Both the position numbers and the translations under genes were made by a program. Positions 37,917-47,700 of a stretch of 64,000 nucleotides of DNA are shown piece after piece (position 1 is the first letter of the stretch; each line of letters begins with the position of its first letter). The notes beneath the pieces were generated by a model. The model worked only from the letters and a program-made list of their open reading frames with translations. It was not told the origin of the DNA and did not search any database. The stretch is taken from positions 3,488,001 through 3,552,000 of the forward strand of contig OZ242010.1 of NCBI GenBank assembly GCA_965204745.1, written 5' to 3'. Origin of the DNA: Candidatus Latescibacterota bacterium. GTDB lineage: Bacteria; Latescibacterota; UBA2968.

Positions 37917-38347
37917 CCAATTTGATTTTAAGTTGTCCGTATCCTGCCTCCCATCCGAGATGAATGAGAAACAGACATTCCGTAGAGATTATGCGTTGCT
38001 TGTCTAAAACGTTTGGCCCTAAAGCATCGTTTGTTGCCTTCGATGCCTTCGGCGACTTCTTTTTTGCTTGCCCAAAAAAGAAGCAAAAAAGGGCACTCTC
38101 ATGCGCCGAGAGGCTTGCACAGCGCAAATCGCTTTTGTAACAGAACGATAGGCGTCAGCCTGCAAAGTGGGTTGCAAGATGGACGTTGGTTGCGAGACGG
38201 ACTTGCGCGCTGTGCGTGATGGCTTTAGCTGATGGTCTTTTGCGATGGCATTTTTGCAAGGGCTTCTCTGAATGACTGCGGAATGTCAAGGGGATCGCTT
38301 GCGCTCAGCATATCGCATCATATTAGGCCAACAGAAAATCAATTTGG
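37917..38347. mobile_element. MITE type B (TIR CCAA[A/T]TTGATTTT, TA-flanked)
   Basis: TA-CCAATTTGATTTT ... AAAATCAATTTGG-TA; body homologous to ~40455-40787. Confidence 0.8.
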
Positions 38348-39456
38348 TATTCGGGTCGCCCTCCAAGCACGTTCTTTTCCCACAACTCGGAAAGCGAATA
38401 GTCTTCGAGCCATTCTCCGAGAGCCTCGGCGTCCAGCTGTCTGAAGGCAGAACTGCGACCTTTGCGTTCGACAATGACGATATCCTCTGGCTCAAAGCAA
38501 TCCACGAGTGGCATGGATTGCGTGGCGACGATGACCTGTATTTTGGTCGCTACGGCGCGGATCAGCCCTCCGACAATGTTGATCGCGTAGGGGTGCAACC
38601 CGAGTTCTGGTTCATCGAGAATCAAAACATCCGGCAAATCTTGCTCGGGTTGGAGGAGCAGGGTGACAAGGGCGATGACCCGCAACATGCCATCCGACGC
38701 CTGCGACACGCCGAACACCTGATCGCTGTTTCGCTCGCGCCAGTTCAAAAGAAGGCTACCGTACTGCGGATCCAGTTCAAAGTCCGAAAAGAAAGGCAGG
38801 ATTAGGCGGATGGTATCTACAATTCGCTGGTAGCACCTGCCGTCGCTTTCTCTCAAGCGGAACAAAACGGGCGCGATATTGGCCGCATCTTCCTTCAGCC
38901 AGCGGTTGTCGTCTATATGCCACTTGCCGCGGATACGGGCGGTGTCCGACGTGTTGTGGAATTGATATACGACGATTTTTTGCAGGATGTTCCTAATGAC
39001 GCGGGCGGTCGTATCCTCGGCGGCCCTTGCGAGGAGTTGCGGCGCACGGTGGCCGGCACCCGTTTCCGTCCACGGCGCAACAGTACCGTAGCGTTTGTCC
39101 GAGAACCGGTACCGTTCGTCAGCAAAAATCAACGAGTCTCTAGCTGCAAAAAACAGCCGAAATGCGTATTGATTTTCACCGGACTCGGTTCGCAACGTCA
39201 GTTCGGCTTCGATCTCGCGGGTCTTGGCCGGACCATCGTGCAAAAGCGTGCTAGCCCCGCCTTGTTGACCCACGTAAAGCGGAAAATGGTCTGGGTCTGA
39301 CAACGCCCAACTCAACATGCGAAAAAAGGAGATGAAGTTGGACTTGCCTGCGCCGTTGGGGCCAATGAGTGCCGTTAAAGGACGAGGCTTGAAATTCTCC
39401 AACGCTTGAATGGTTTTGAACCCCTTGAGGGTTATTGCTTCAAGTTTGTTTCGCAT
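38323..39456 (-). CDS. AAA_21/COG4637-type ABC ATPase; C-terminus extended into the MITE
   Basis: GPNGAGKSN, SDGMLR, LDEPELGLHP, ATQS, WEKNVLGGRP. Confidence 0.88.
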   Translation of the reverse strand: MRNKLEAITLKGFKTIQALENFKPRPLTALIGPNGAGKSNFISFFRMLSWALSDPDHFPLYVGQQGGASTLLHDGPAKTREIEAELTLRTESGENQYAFRLFFAARDSLIFADERYRFSDKRYGTVAPWTETGAGHRAPQLLARAAEDTTARVIRNILQKIVVYQFHNTSDTARIRGKWHIDDNRWLKEDAANIAPVLFRLRESDGRCYQRIVDTIRLILPFFSDFELDPQYGSLLLNWRERNSDQVFGVSQASDGMLRVIALVTLLLQPEQDLPDVLILDEPELGLHPYAINIVGGLIRAVATKIQVIVATQSMPLVDCFEPEDIVIVERKGRSSAFRQLDAEALGEWLEDYSLSELWEKNVLGGRPEYQIDFLLA

Positions 39457-39468
39457 AGCGTAACTCCA

Positions 39469-40269
39469 TTACCAAACGATTTCATGGGCGTTGAGGACCG
39501 GGCCTTCGAGGCAGACGCAGCGGTAGCGGCGGTCTTCGGACGGGTATGTTTTGTATTCGACCGCGCAACCGACGCACGCGCCAAAGCCGCAGGCCATGTG
39601 GTTTTCGAGGGAGGCAAAGCACGGCGTGTTGAACTCGGCGGCAATCTCCGAGACGCGGGCCATCATGCGGTGGGGACCGCAGGTGAGAATGCTCGTGTGA
39701 TTTGGGATGACGTGTTCGGCAACATGCTCTGTCACCAAACCGCGCTGCCCCGCGCTGCCGTCGTCCGTCGCGATGTGCAGGGGCAGATCAGGGGGCAACA
39801 GCGCGGACATATCGGGTAGCCGGTCGGCATTTGCCGCGCCCATCAAGTAGATCATATCGGACGAGCGGTCGGGATGTTCCCACGCCAAAAACGCGAGCGG
39901 AACCAACCCCACGCCACCTGCGACCAAAAGAACGCGCTTGGAATTGGGGAGATCAAAAGCATTGCCCAACGGGCCGATCACATCGTAGAAATCGCCACAC
40001 CGCGCAGCGGATAATCGCGCAGTGCCGGGGCCGATCACGTCGTAGATCAGGTCGAGCCAACCCGCAGAGCGATCCACGCGCAACACGGAAAAAGGACGGC
40101 GGAGAAAGGGAGACAGCCCCGGATCGGTCAGGATTTGCAGGAATTGCGCGGGGGCGCAGGCAGTTGCGAGCCGAGGAGCAGACAGGCGCATCAGATAAAT
40201 GCCCTGCGCGATGGGTTCATTTTGCTGAACAACGGCAACTTCGCGGATGAAATTTGGGATTGCGGGCAT
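39469..40269 (-). CDS. pyrK: Dihydroorotate dehydrogenase electron-transfer subunit
   Basis: LRRPFS, GPLGN, AGGVG, TDDGS, CGP, MACGFGACVGC, VCLEGPV. Confidence 0.92.
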   Translation of the reverse strand: MPAIPNFIREVAVVQQNEPIAQGIYLMRLSAPRLATACAPAQFLQILTDPGLSPFLRRPFSVLRVDRSAGWLDLIYDVIGPGTARLSAARCGDFYDVIGPLGNAFDLPNSKRVLLVAGGVGLVPLAFLAWEHPDRSSDMIYLMGAANADRLPDMSALLPPDLPLHIATDDGSAGQRGLVTEHVAEHVIPNHTSILTCGPHRMMARVSEIAAEFNTPCFASLENHMACGFGACVGCAVEYKTYPSEDRRYRCVCLEGPVLNAHEIVW

Positions 40270-40392
40270 CGTGATACCAATGGGAATTGCGAATTGGGAA
40301 TGCTCCACCACCCAATGCGTATCGGAGGGTATTTTGCGATGGCACTTGTTGCATTTGAATGAATAAGTAACGTCAAGTGGGATCTCTTACTA

Positions 40393-40787
40393 GGTCGTGT
40401 TGACATTTCATTTTTTTTTACGCACACAGTAGCAAATGTGTTGCTTGCTCATTTAAGGCGTTTGGTCCTACAACTTCGTTGGTTGCCTCCGATGCCTTCG
40501 GCGACTTACTTTTTTTCAACAGCAAAAAAAAGTAAGCAAAAAATGCCGCTCTCAAACGCCGAGAGGCTTGCACAGCGCAAATCGCTTTTGTAACAGAACG
40601 ATATGCGCCAGCCTGCAAGGTGGGTTGCAAAATGGACATTGGTTGCGAAACGGCCTTGCGCGCTGTGCGTGATGGCTTGATCGGATGGGGTTTTGCGATG
40701 GCACTTGTTGCAATGGTTTCCTGAATGACTGCGGAACGTCAAGGGGGGATCTCTTGCTGGTAGCATATCAACGGAAAATCAATTTGG
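40393..40787. mobile_element. Chimeric MITE: type-A left end with type-B body and right end
   Basis: TA-GGTCGTGTTGACATTT at 40391; AAAATCAATTTGG at the right end abutting the TPR-TonB stop codon. Confidence 0.7.
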
Positions 40788-43160
40788 TTACTCGGGCGGT
40801 TCAAAATGGATAGATATGTCATGCCACATATCGCGGGGCACATCTTCGTGGATACCGGGTTCAAACTTGTACTGGATTGCGACCTCAATGGCCGCGCTGT
40901 GAAATAACTCAGGCCCCGAAAGCACCTCGGCCTTGCTCACGCCGCCATCCTTCGAGACCAGCAAACGCAACATAACCGTAGCGGATTTCCCCTCGGCTCT
41001 CGCGGCTTCGGGATATTCGGGTTCAATTTCATCGATCAACTGGGGTTCCTGATCCGCGTCCGTGGCCTCCATCACGCCGCCCCCGATGATCGCATTGGGT
41101 TTGAACGCGGGTTTGGGTTGGATTTGCGGCACGGTTGCGTCGGTCGTATCTGACAGTGACGCGACGGTGGTATCGCGTTGCGAATTTTTAGAGGGATCCG
41201 CCATCATTGTATCGGACAGCGACACGGCGGTCGTATCCGCCAGCGTCGTATCCGACAGCGTGGTTGCGGTCATATCGGATGGCAAGGCGCGGGTTGTGTC
41301 TGCCATCATTGTATCGGATGGCGACACGGCGGTCGTATCCACCAGCGTCGTATCCGACAGCGCGGTTGCGGTCATATCGGATGGCAAGGCGCGGGTTGTG
41401 TCTGCCATCATTGTATCGGATGGCGACACGGTGGTCGTATCCACCAGCGTCGTATCCGACAGCGCGGTCGCGCTTGAATCCGCCATGGTCGAATCCGCGG
41501 GTGGCGGTTTGGGATTGAGAAAATCGCCATCGAGTTTGTCGGTTGCAATTTTGCCGTACTGCGTGAGGGGGTAGCGTTCCTGCACCTGCTCGTAAATCGC
41601 CTTTGCCTGATCGAGTTGATCCAGATCGTTTTCATACGTCCACGCGAGGGCAAACAGGGCTTGTGGGGCAAAGAGGCTTTGGGGATAATCGTCTGCGATT
41701 TGGCGGTAGATGGTCATGACCTCTTCGGTGCCTGCGCCTTCGGCGACGAGATTCTCGGCTTCCAAAAAACGCGCTTCGGCCCGAACGTCATCAGCGCGCG
41801 TTTGATCGAGGCGAGCGCGAGCCTCAAGCGCGTAGGGCGTGTGGGGATACTCATCGATGAGCGACTCGAATTGTTCGCGGCCCGCGGCCTCGTCTTTTAG
41901 GCTATCCGCGTAAATAAGGCCGATGGCATACCGCGCTTTGGGCGCGAAATCAGAACTGTCGGTCATGCCCAAAACGCGCTGATAAATGCCCAAAGCCGAA
42001 TCCGGTTCGCCCAAATTAAAGAGGTACAATTCCGCCAAATTAAAAAGCGGCGCCAATACTTTTTGGGAGTCTTGAACGCTGTCGGCCTGCTTGCGATAGC
42101 GCTCGAGGTCTCGGAGGTCTTTTTGGCGTTGCAGAGCCAGCGCCCCGGCGTCTGAACCGCGGTCTTCGCGCACGGCTTTCTCGAACAATTCTTTGGCCTT
42201 TTCCAAGTCCTTGCGCCCTTTTTGCTCGATGAGGCCCAAGCGATAAAACGCCGCCGCGCTGTATTCGCTGCGGGGATATTTTTTTGCAATCGCGTTGTAA
42301 ATCTCCTCTGCGGTTTCAAGTTCGCCTTTCAGTTCATAAACCCGCGCCTGTTTGAGTTGGGTTTCGGCTTCGTAAATGCGGAGGCGTTTGATTTTTAGGA
42401 TTTGTCGGTATGCGTCAAGTGCCTTGTCAAATTCGCCCTGCCGCTCGAGCGTCTCGCCAATTTTGACGTGCGTTTCAAAATCCGTCTTGGTATCGGGCCT
42501 GGATTTCAGCACGTTTTCGTACGCGTCCAATGCCTCGTCATACCGTCCCAACTCGAGCAAATTATTGCCCACGCCTTGCCACGCCTTGGCGCGCAATTTG
42601 TGCTTTTTGCCGAGCGTGTTGAGCAAGGCGTGATAGGACTTGATGGCGTCTTCCCGGTTGTCTTGGGCCGACTCCATTTCCGCCAAGGCCAGATTTGCCA
42701 AGCCGTACAACTCGGCATCGGCTTTTGGGTCAAACAGGGAAAACGCGCCCCGAGCGTCTGGGATGCGGTTCACGGCCCACAGGGAGAGACCTTGCCAATA
42801 GCGCGACTCGGGGATCAGTTCGCTTTGCGGAAAATTCTTTTGCAATTCTTGAAACTTGGTCAAAGCCTCGGCGTAGTCCTCGCGCCAATAAGACGCTTTG
42901 CCAATGAGCAACAAACAGTCGTCGAACCACTTGCTCTTGGGATGGTATGTGAGCACGATAGACGCTTTGACAATGGCCCGTTGGTAAAGCGCGCGATAGG
43001 TCGCAGGCGTGATGCGACTGCCGGGCGTTTCGGACTCCACGCGCTTTTGTTCGGCGATCAGGTACTTTTGTCTGGCATTGTAAAACGTGTTGTAATACAC
43101 GCTCTTACAAGACGCCAGACAAAAGAAGCAAAGCGATGCGATGTAGAGAAGACGAGACAT
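40788..43160 (-). CDS. TPR-repeat lipoprotein with a D/S/T-rich repeat linker and a TonB C-terminal domain
   Basis: Lipobox LASC, YYNTFYNA, many TPRs, PEYPEAARAEG...YKFEPG. Confidence 0.85.
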   Translation of the reverse strand: MSRLLYIASLCFFCLASCKSVYYNTFYNARQKYLIAEQKRVESETPGSRITPATYRALYQRAIVKASIVLTYHPKSKWFDDCLLLIGKASYWREDYAEALTKFQELQKNFPQSELIPESRYWQGLSLWAVNRIPDARGAFSLFDPKADAELYGLANLALAEMESAQDNREDAIKSYHALLNTLGKKHKLRAKAWQGVGNNLLELGRYDEALDAYENVLKSRPDTKTDFETHVKIGETLERQGEFDKALDAYRQILKIKRLRIYEAETQLKQARVYELKGELETAEEIYNAIAKKYPRSEYSAAAFYRLGLIEQKGRKDLEKAKELFEKAVREDRGSDAGALALQRQKDLRDLERYRKQADSVQDSQKVLAPLFNLAELYLFNLGEPDSALGIYQRVLGMTDSSDFAPKARYAIGLIYADSLKDEAAGREQFESLIDEYPHTPYALEARARLDQTRADDVRAEARFLEAENLVAEGAGTEEVMTIYRQIADDYPQSLFAPQALFALAWTYENDLDQLDQAKAIYEQVQERYPLTQYGKIATDKLDGDFLNPKPPPADSTMADSSATALSDTTLVDTTTVSPSDTMMADTTRALPSDMTATALSDTTLVDTTAVSPSDTMMADTTRALPSDMTATTLSDTTLADTTAVSLSDTMMADPSKNSQRDTTVASLSDTTDATVPQIQPKPAFKPNAIIGGGVMEATDADQEPQLIDEIEPEYPEAARAEGKSATVMLRLLVSKDGGVSKAEVLSGPELFHSAAIEVAIQYKFEPGIHEDVPRDMWHDISIHFEPPE
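41199..41470 (-). repeat. 102-nt (34-aa) intragenic tandem repeat, about 2.7 copies
   Basis: ATALSDTTLVDTTxVSPSDTMMADTTRALPSDMT repeated. Confidence 0.85.
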
Positions 43161-43248
43161 GGGAATACAGTTGTCAGTGGGAAAAGGTGAGATGGGATTT
43201 TAGCCACGAGCGGGGTACAACTGGCGACAGCTAGTTCAAAGGCGATTA

Positions 43249-43611
43249 GGTTGTGTTGACATTTCATTTTTTTTACAGTTACGCACAGCTTAGCAAATGT
43301 GTTGCTTGCTCATTTAAGGCGTTTGGTCCTTTGATGGCTTATATCTTTAGTTGCTCTGATGGCGTTGCGAGAAGGGACCTATCCCCCGGCCCCTTTCCTA
43401 CGAGGAAAGGGGAGTAAAGCTCCTTTGATGGCTTCTCGCTCTGGGTTGCTCTGATGGCGTGGCGCGAGGGCATAAAGCGATTAAAATCCCTCATCAATCC
43501 CCTCGCAAAACCGCTCACAGTTCCCCCCTTCCTCGCAGGAAGGGGGGTTAGGGGGGTAGGTCCCAATAAACGGACAAGCACGCGATGGATTCAACGCTTA
43601 ATTCGCATCAG
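43249..43611. mobile_element. Composite MITE (end A + end C) between two REP-C units
   Basis: TA-GGTTGTGTTGACATTT ... CTTAATTCGCATCAG; REP-C units at 43200-43245 and ~43648-43690. Confidence 0.7.
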
Positions 43612-43694
43612 GGATCAGTCCCCGCTCATCCCCCCAAAAACCCTACGCCCTTTAATGAACTGCTACGTAGTTGTACCCCGCTTCGCGGTTTTGC

Positions 43695-45515
43695 TTATTG
43701 GCGTGTGCTGTGATGAAAGTCTTGGAGTGAGCGAATGCGAATGGTGCTGTTGTTCTTTAGGGATTGGATGCCGGCAACAGCCGCGTCCGCGCCGGAGAGG
43801 GTGGTCGTATAGGGCAAGCCGTATTGCACCGCGGCCCTGCGAATTTCCGGGTCCGCGGCCTGCGATTGTTCGCCTGCGGGCGTGTTGATCATCAGGGAAA
43901 TTTCGCCGTTTTTGATCGCGTCGAGAATATTCGGCCGGCCCTCCTGGATTTTGAGGATCAAGTCGCAGGCAATGCCGCGGTTGTTGAGGAAAGCGTGCGT
44001 CCCCCGGGTGGCGACAAGGCGGAAGTCCAGCTCGGACAGGTGCTGGGCAATGGGTACGAGGGCTTCTTTGTCGCGGTCATTGACGCTCAAAAACACAGTG
44101 CCCGCTTGGGGCAAGCACACGCCCGCGCCGAGTTGCGCCTTTTGAAAACTGAGGCCAAAGTCCGTGTCGATGCCCATGACCTCGCCGGTCGATTTCATCT
44201 CCGGGCCGAGCACGGTGTCCACCCCGGGAAATTTGTTGAAGGGCAAAACCGCTTCTTTCACGGCAATGTGCTGGATGGGCACTTCGCGGGTAAAGCCCTG
44301 GTCTGCGAGCGTGCGCCCGACCATAGCGCGGGCCGCGACTTTGGCTAAGGGCACGCCAATGGCCTTGCTGACAAAGGGCACGGTGCGCGACGCGCGCGGA
44401 TTGACTTCGATGATAAAAACCTCGCCGTCTTGAATGGCGAATTGAATATTCATCAGGCCGACCACATTGAGCGTGCGGGCCAAGGCATGCGTGTGGCGTC
44501 TCAATACTTCGCGGTTGGCATCGGCGAGTCGATACGGCGGCAACACGCACGCGCTATCGCCCGAGTGAATGCCCGCGCTTTCGATGTGCTGCATCATGCC
44601 GCCGATGACGACCGCAGTGGGGTCCGCCACCGCATCCACGTCAAATTCGTGCGCGTCTTCCAAAAACCGGTCGATGAGTACCGGGTGTTCGGGCGATGCT
44701 TCGATGGCATTGTGCATATAGGCGATGAGGGCCGCGCGGTCGTACACAATCGCCATCGCGCGCCCGCCGAGCACATAAGACGGCCGCACCAAAATGGGAT
44801 AGCCGATGCGCTCGGCTATGGCGATGGCCTCATCGGTGGTCACAGCCGTGCCGTTCTCCGGTTGGCGGATGCCCAATGTTTTGATGAGCGCGCCAAAGCG
44901 TTTGCGGTCTTCGGCGAGGTCGATGGCGTCCGGCGATGTGCCTGCGATCTTCAGCCCGCCGCGCTCGAGGTCGCGCGCGAGATTGAGGGGCGTCTGCCCG
45001 CCGAACTGCACGATGACCCCATCCGGCTGTTCCACATCCGCAATGCCGAGGACGTCCTCGGCGGTAAGGGGTTCAAAATAGAGTTTGTCCGACGTGTCGT
45101 AATCCGTGGACACGGTCTCCGGATTGGAATTGACCATAATCGTTTCAAACCCGTCTTCTTTGAGGGCATACGCCGCGTGGCAACAACAATAGTCGAACTC
45201 GATACCCTGCCCGATGCGATTGGGGCCGCCGCCCAAAATCATGATCTTTTTGCGATTGGAGCGCGTGGCCTCGGTTTCGGCCTCGTACGTGGAATAGTGA
45301 TAAGGCGTGTACGCTTCAAACTCCGCCGCGCACGTATCCACGGTTTTGAAAACCGGCCTGACCCCGAGTTCTTTTCGCAAAGCGCGCACGGTCCACGCAT
45401 CTGCGCGCCACAAATGCGCGAGTTGCGCGTCCGAAAACCCGTGGCGTTTGGCTTTGAGCAGGTCCGCACGCGAGATGCGCGCCCGCAAGTCGTCGAGGGT
45501 GTGCTGTTGGGTCAT
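43695..45515 (-). CDS. carB: Carbamoyl-phosphate synthase large subunit, C-terminal part (second ATP-grasp plus MGS domain)
   Basis: [50 protein letters not shown]. Confidence 0.9.
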   Translation of the reverse strand: MTQQHTLDDLRARISRADLLKAKRHGFSDAQLAHLWRADAWTVRALRKELGVRPVFKTVDTCAAEFEAYTPYHYSTYEAETEATRSNRKKIMILGGGPNRIGQGIEFDYCCCHAAYALKEDGFETIMVNSNPETVSTDYDTSDKLYFEPLTAEDVLGIADVEQPDGVIVQFGGQTPLNLARDLERGGLKIAGTSPDAIDLAEDRKRFGALIKTLGIRQPENGTAVTTDEAIAIAERIGYPILVRPSYVLGGRAMAIVYDRAALIAYMHNAIEASPEHPVLIDRFLEDAHEFDVDAVADPTAVVIGGMMQHIESAGIHSGDSACVLPPYRLADANREVLRRHTHALARTLNVVGLMNIQFAIQDGEVFIIEVNPRASRTVPFVSKAIGVPLAKVAARAMVGRTLADQGFTREVPIQHIAVKEAVLPFNKFPGVDTVLGPEMKSTGEVMGIDTDFGLSFQKAQLGAGVCLPQAGTVFLSVNDRDKEALVPIAQHLSELDFRLVATRGTHAFLNNRGIACDLILKIQEGRPNILDAIKNGEISLMINTPAGEQSQAADPEIRRAAVQYGLPYTTTLSGADAAVAGIQSLKNNSTIRIRSLQDFHHSTRQ

Positions 45516-46966
45516 GGGGCGTCCATCAGGGCGGCGAGTTCTCTTTCCACTTCCACGATTCGCCGCATGTTGTCGAGAAACCAAGGGTCGATTTGAGTCG
45601 CGTCAAAAATTTCCCGCACGGACAGGCCCGCGTCATAAGCCGCTTTGAGATAGGCCAACCGCTGCGAGTTGGGTTCGCGCAAGCCGCGCTCTAGGGCCTC
45701 GCGCGAGAGCCTGTCCGGGGGAATGTCCTTGCCATCCGCGCCAAAACCCGCACGCCCGATTTCGAGAGAGCGCAACCCTTTTTGCAGGGCTTCCACAAAT
45801 GTGCGCCCAATGGCCATGGTTTCGCCCACGGATTTCATCTGCGTGCCCAGCGAGTCCGCGGTTTGGGGAAATTTTTCAAAGGTCCAGCGCGGGATTTTGA
45901 CCACGCAATAGTCGATAGTGGGTTCAAACGACGCTGGCGTTTCCCGCGTGATGTCGTTTTGAATTTCGTCGAGGGTGTAGCCAATCGCCAGCTTGGCCGC
46001 GATCTTGGCAATGGGAAAACCCGTGGCTTTCGACGCCAAGGCCGAACTGCGGGACACGCGCGGATTCATCTCGATGACCACGCGCCGCCCCGTAGTGGGA
46101 TCGACCGCGAACTGGATGTTAGACCCGCCGGTCTCCACGCCGATCTCCCGAATGCAGGCGATAGCCTCGTCGCGCATGGCCTGATACTCTTTGTCGCTAA
46201 GCGTTTGCACCGGCGCAACGGTGATGGAATCGCCGGTGTGAACGCCCATCGGATCGAAGTTTTCAATCGAGCAGATGATGACGACATTGTCGTTTTGATC
46301 GCGCATGACCTCGAGTTCAAATTCCTTCCAGCCGATGATCGATTCCTCCACGAGAATCTCGCTCGTGGGCGACAAGGCGAGTCCGTGCGCCGCGGCATCC
46401 CTGAACTCTTCGACATTGTAAGCCGTGCCCGCGCCCGTGCCCCCCAAGGTGTAGGACGGCCGGATAATGGCCGGAAAGCCGATGTCGGACGCGATGTCAA
46501 GCGCCTCTTTGAGGGTGTACGCAAATCGGCCTTTGGGAAAGTCCAAGCCAATTTTGCCCATCGCCTTTTGAAAGGCTTCGCGGTTTTCCGCTTTTTCAAT
46601 GGCGTGCGGTTTCGCGCCGATCATCTCCACGCCGAATTTTTCGAGTGTGCCCCGCTCGTGCAATGCCATCGCCGTGTTGAGGCCCGTTTGCCCGCCCAGC
46701 GTGGGGAGAAGCGCGTCCGGGCGTTCTTTTGCTATGATCGCCGCGCACACCTCGGGGGTAACGGGTTCGATATACGTTTGATCCGCCATCTCGGGATCGG
46801 TCATGATGGTGGCCGGGTTGCTGTTGACCAACACGACTTCGTACCCCTCTTCTTTGAGGGCCTTGCACGCTTGCGTGCCCGAATAGTCAAATTCACAGGC
46901 TTGCCCAATCACAATGGGGCCAGAGCCGATGAGCATGATTTTGTGGAGATCGTTTCGTTTGGGCAT
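45512..46966 (-). CDS. carB: Carbamoyl-phosphate synthase large subunit, N-terminal part
   Basis: [46 protein letters not shown]. Confidence 0.92.
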   Translation of the reverse strand: MPKRNDLHKIMLIGSGPIVIGQACEFDYSGTQACKALKEEGYEVVLVNSNPATIMTDPEMADQTYIEPVTPEVCAAIIAKERPDALLPTLGGQTGLNTAMALHERGTLEKFGVEMIGAKPHAIEKAENREAFQKAMGKIGLDFPKGRFAYTLKEALDIASDIGFPAIIRPSYTLGGTGAGTAYNVEEFRDAAAHGLALSPTSEILVEESIIGWKEFELEVMRDQNDNVVIICSIENFDPMGVHTGDSITVAPVQTLSDKEYQAMRDEAIACIREIGVETGGSNIQFAVDPTTGRRVVIEMNPRVSRSSALASKATGFPIAKIAAKLAIGYTLDEIQNDITRETPASFEPTIDYCVVKIPRWTFEKFPQTADSLGTQMKSVGETMAIGRTFVEALQKGLRSLEIGRAGFGADGKDIPPDRLSREALERGLREPNSQRLAYLKAAYDAGLSVREIFDATQIDPWFLDNMRRIVEVERELAALMDAP

Positions 46967-46988
46967 GTTTTTAGAGGTAAGAGGATTT

Positions 46989-47086
46989 TAGCCACAAAAG
47001 GCACAAAAGGCACAAAAGGGGTACAACTGGCGACAGCCCGTTCAAAGGCACAAAAGGGGTACAACTGGCGATAGCCCGTTCAAAGA
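46989..47086. repeat. REP-C doublet with (GGCACAAAA)n 9-mers
   Basis: Reverse complement of the 49427-49578 units. Confidence 0.75.
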
Positions 47087-47193
47087 TGATAGACATTCGC
47101 CTATCGTCACTCCGGCGCACGCGCAAGCACAGGCATAGCCAACGCAGGCGTCCAGATCGGAACGGGTAGCAAGGTGCTGAAGGGGTGTTTCCG

Positions 47194-47700
47194 TCACTTA
47201 AACAGCAAATAGTAGATCGACAAAAGGGCGGCGACTAAAGACACGTAAAAGCCGACTTTGATGAGATTGTACAGGAATTTCACGGGAATGCGCGTGTAAA
47301 AAGGCGCGGGTATGGGGGGATGGATCGGCGAATCGGGAAACCGCGCTCGCTCAATGCGCGCAACCAAACTGGGGTCGCACTCGGCGATAGCTCCCAGGAT
47401 CACGCGCTTGCTGCGTGCGGCCCGCTCGGCAAGGGGATTGCCCAAGGGCTCCTCTCCGGGAAGCAGAGGCTCGGTCTCCAACGGACTATCGCCATCGCGG
47501 CTCTCGATGAGGCTGATCAACCGCGCATGGGCGAGTTTTTCCGCCAGCAATTTCATGCTTTTTCTGTCGTGGACATGCGTTTGGATCACCCCGATACAAG
47601 TGTCGATAAACCGGTCGAGGTTTTCCAAAATCTCATCGTCGCTCAGGCCGAGAAGATAGGATTCTTCAATGGCTTCTTCGATCAATTCGTTGGTTCGCAT
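47194..47700 (-). CDS. Hypothetical protein with a C-terminal TM helix
   Basis: MRTNELIEEAIEE start overlaps the nnr stop (TGATG). Confidence 0.6.
   Translation of the reverse strand: MRTNELIEEAIEESYLLGLSDDEILENLDRFIDTCIGVIQTHVHDRKSMKLLAEKLAHARLISLIESRDGDSPLETEPLLPGEEPLGNPLAERAARSKRVILGAIAECDPSLVARIERARFPDSPIHPPIPAPFYTRIPVKFLYNLIKVGFYVSLVAALLSIYYLLFK

Noticed and set aside
37885-38127. N-terminal extensions of PyrD, HisG and the first ATPase in the ORF track
   Set aside because: The upstream start codons fall within MITE sequence; the true starts are downstream.
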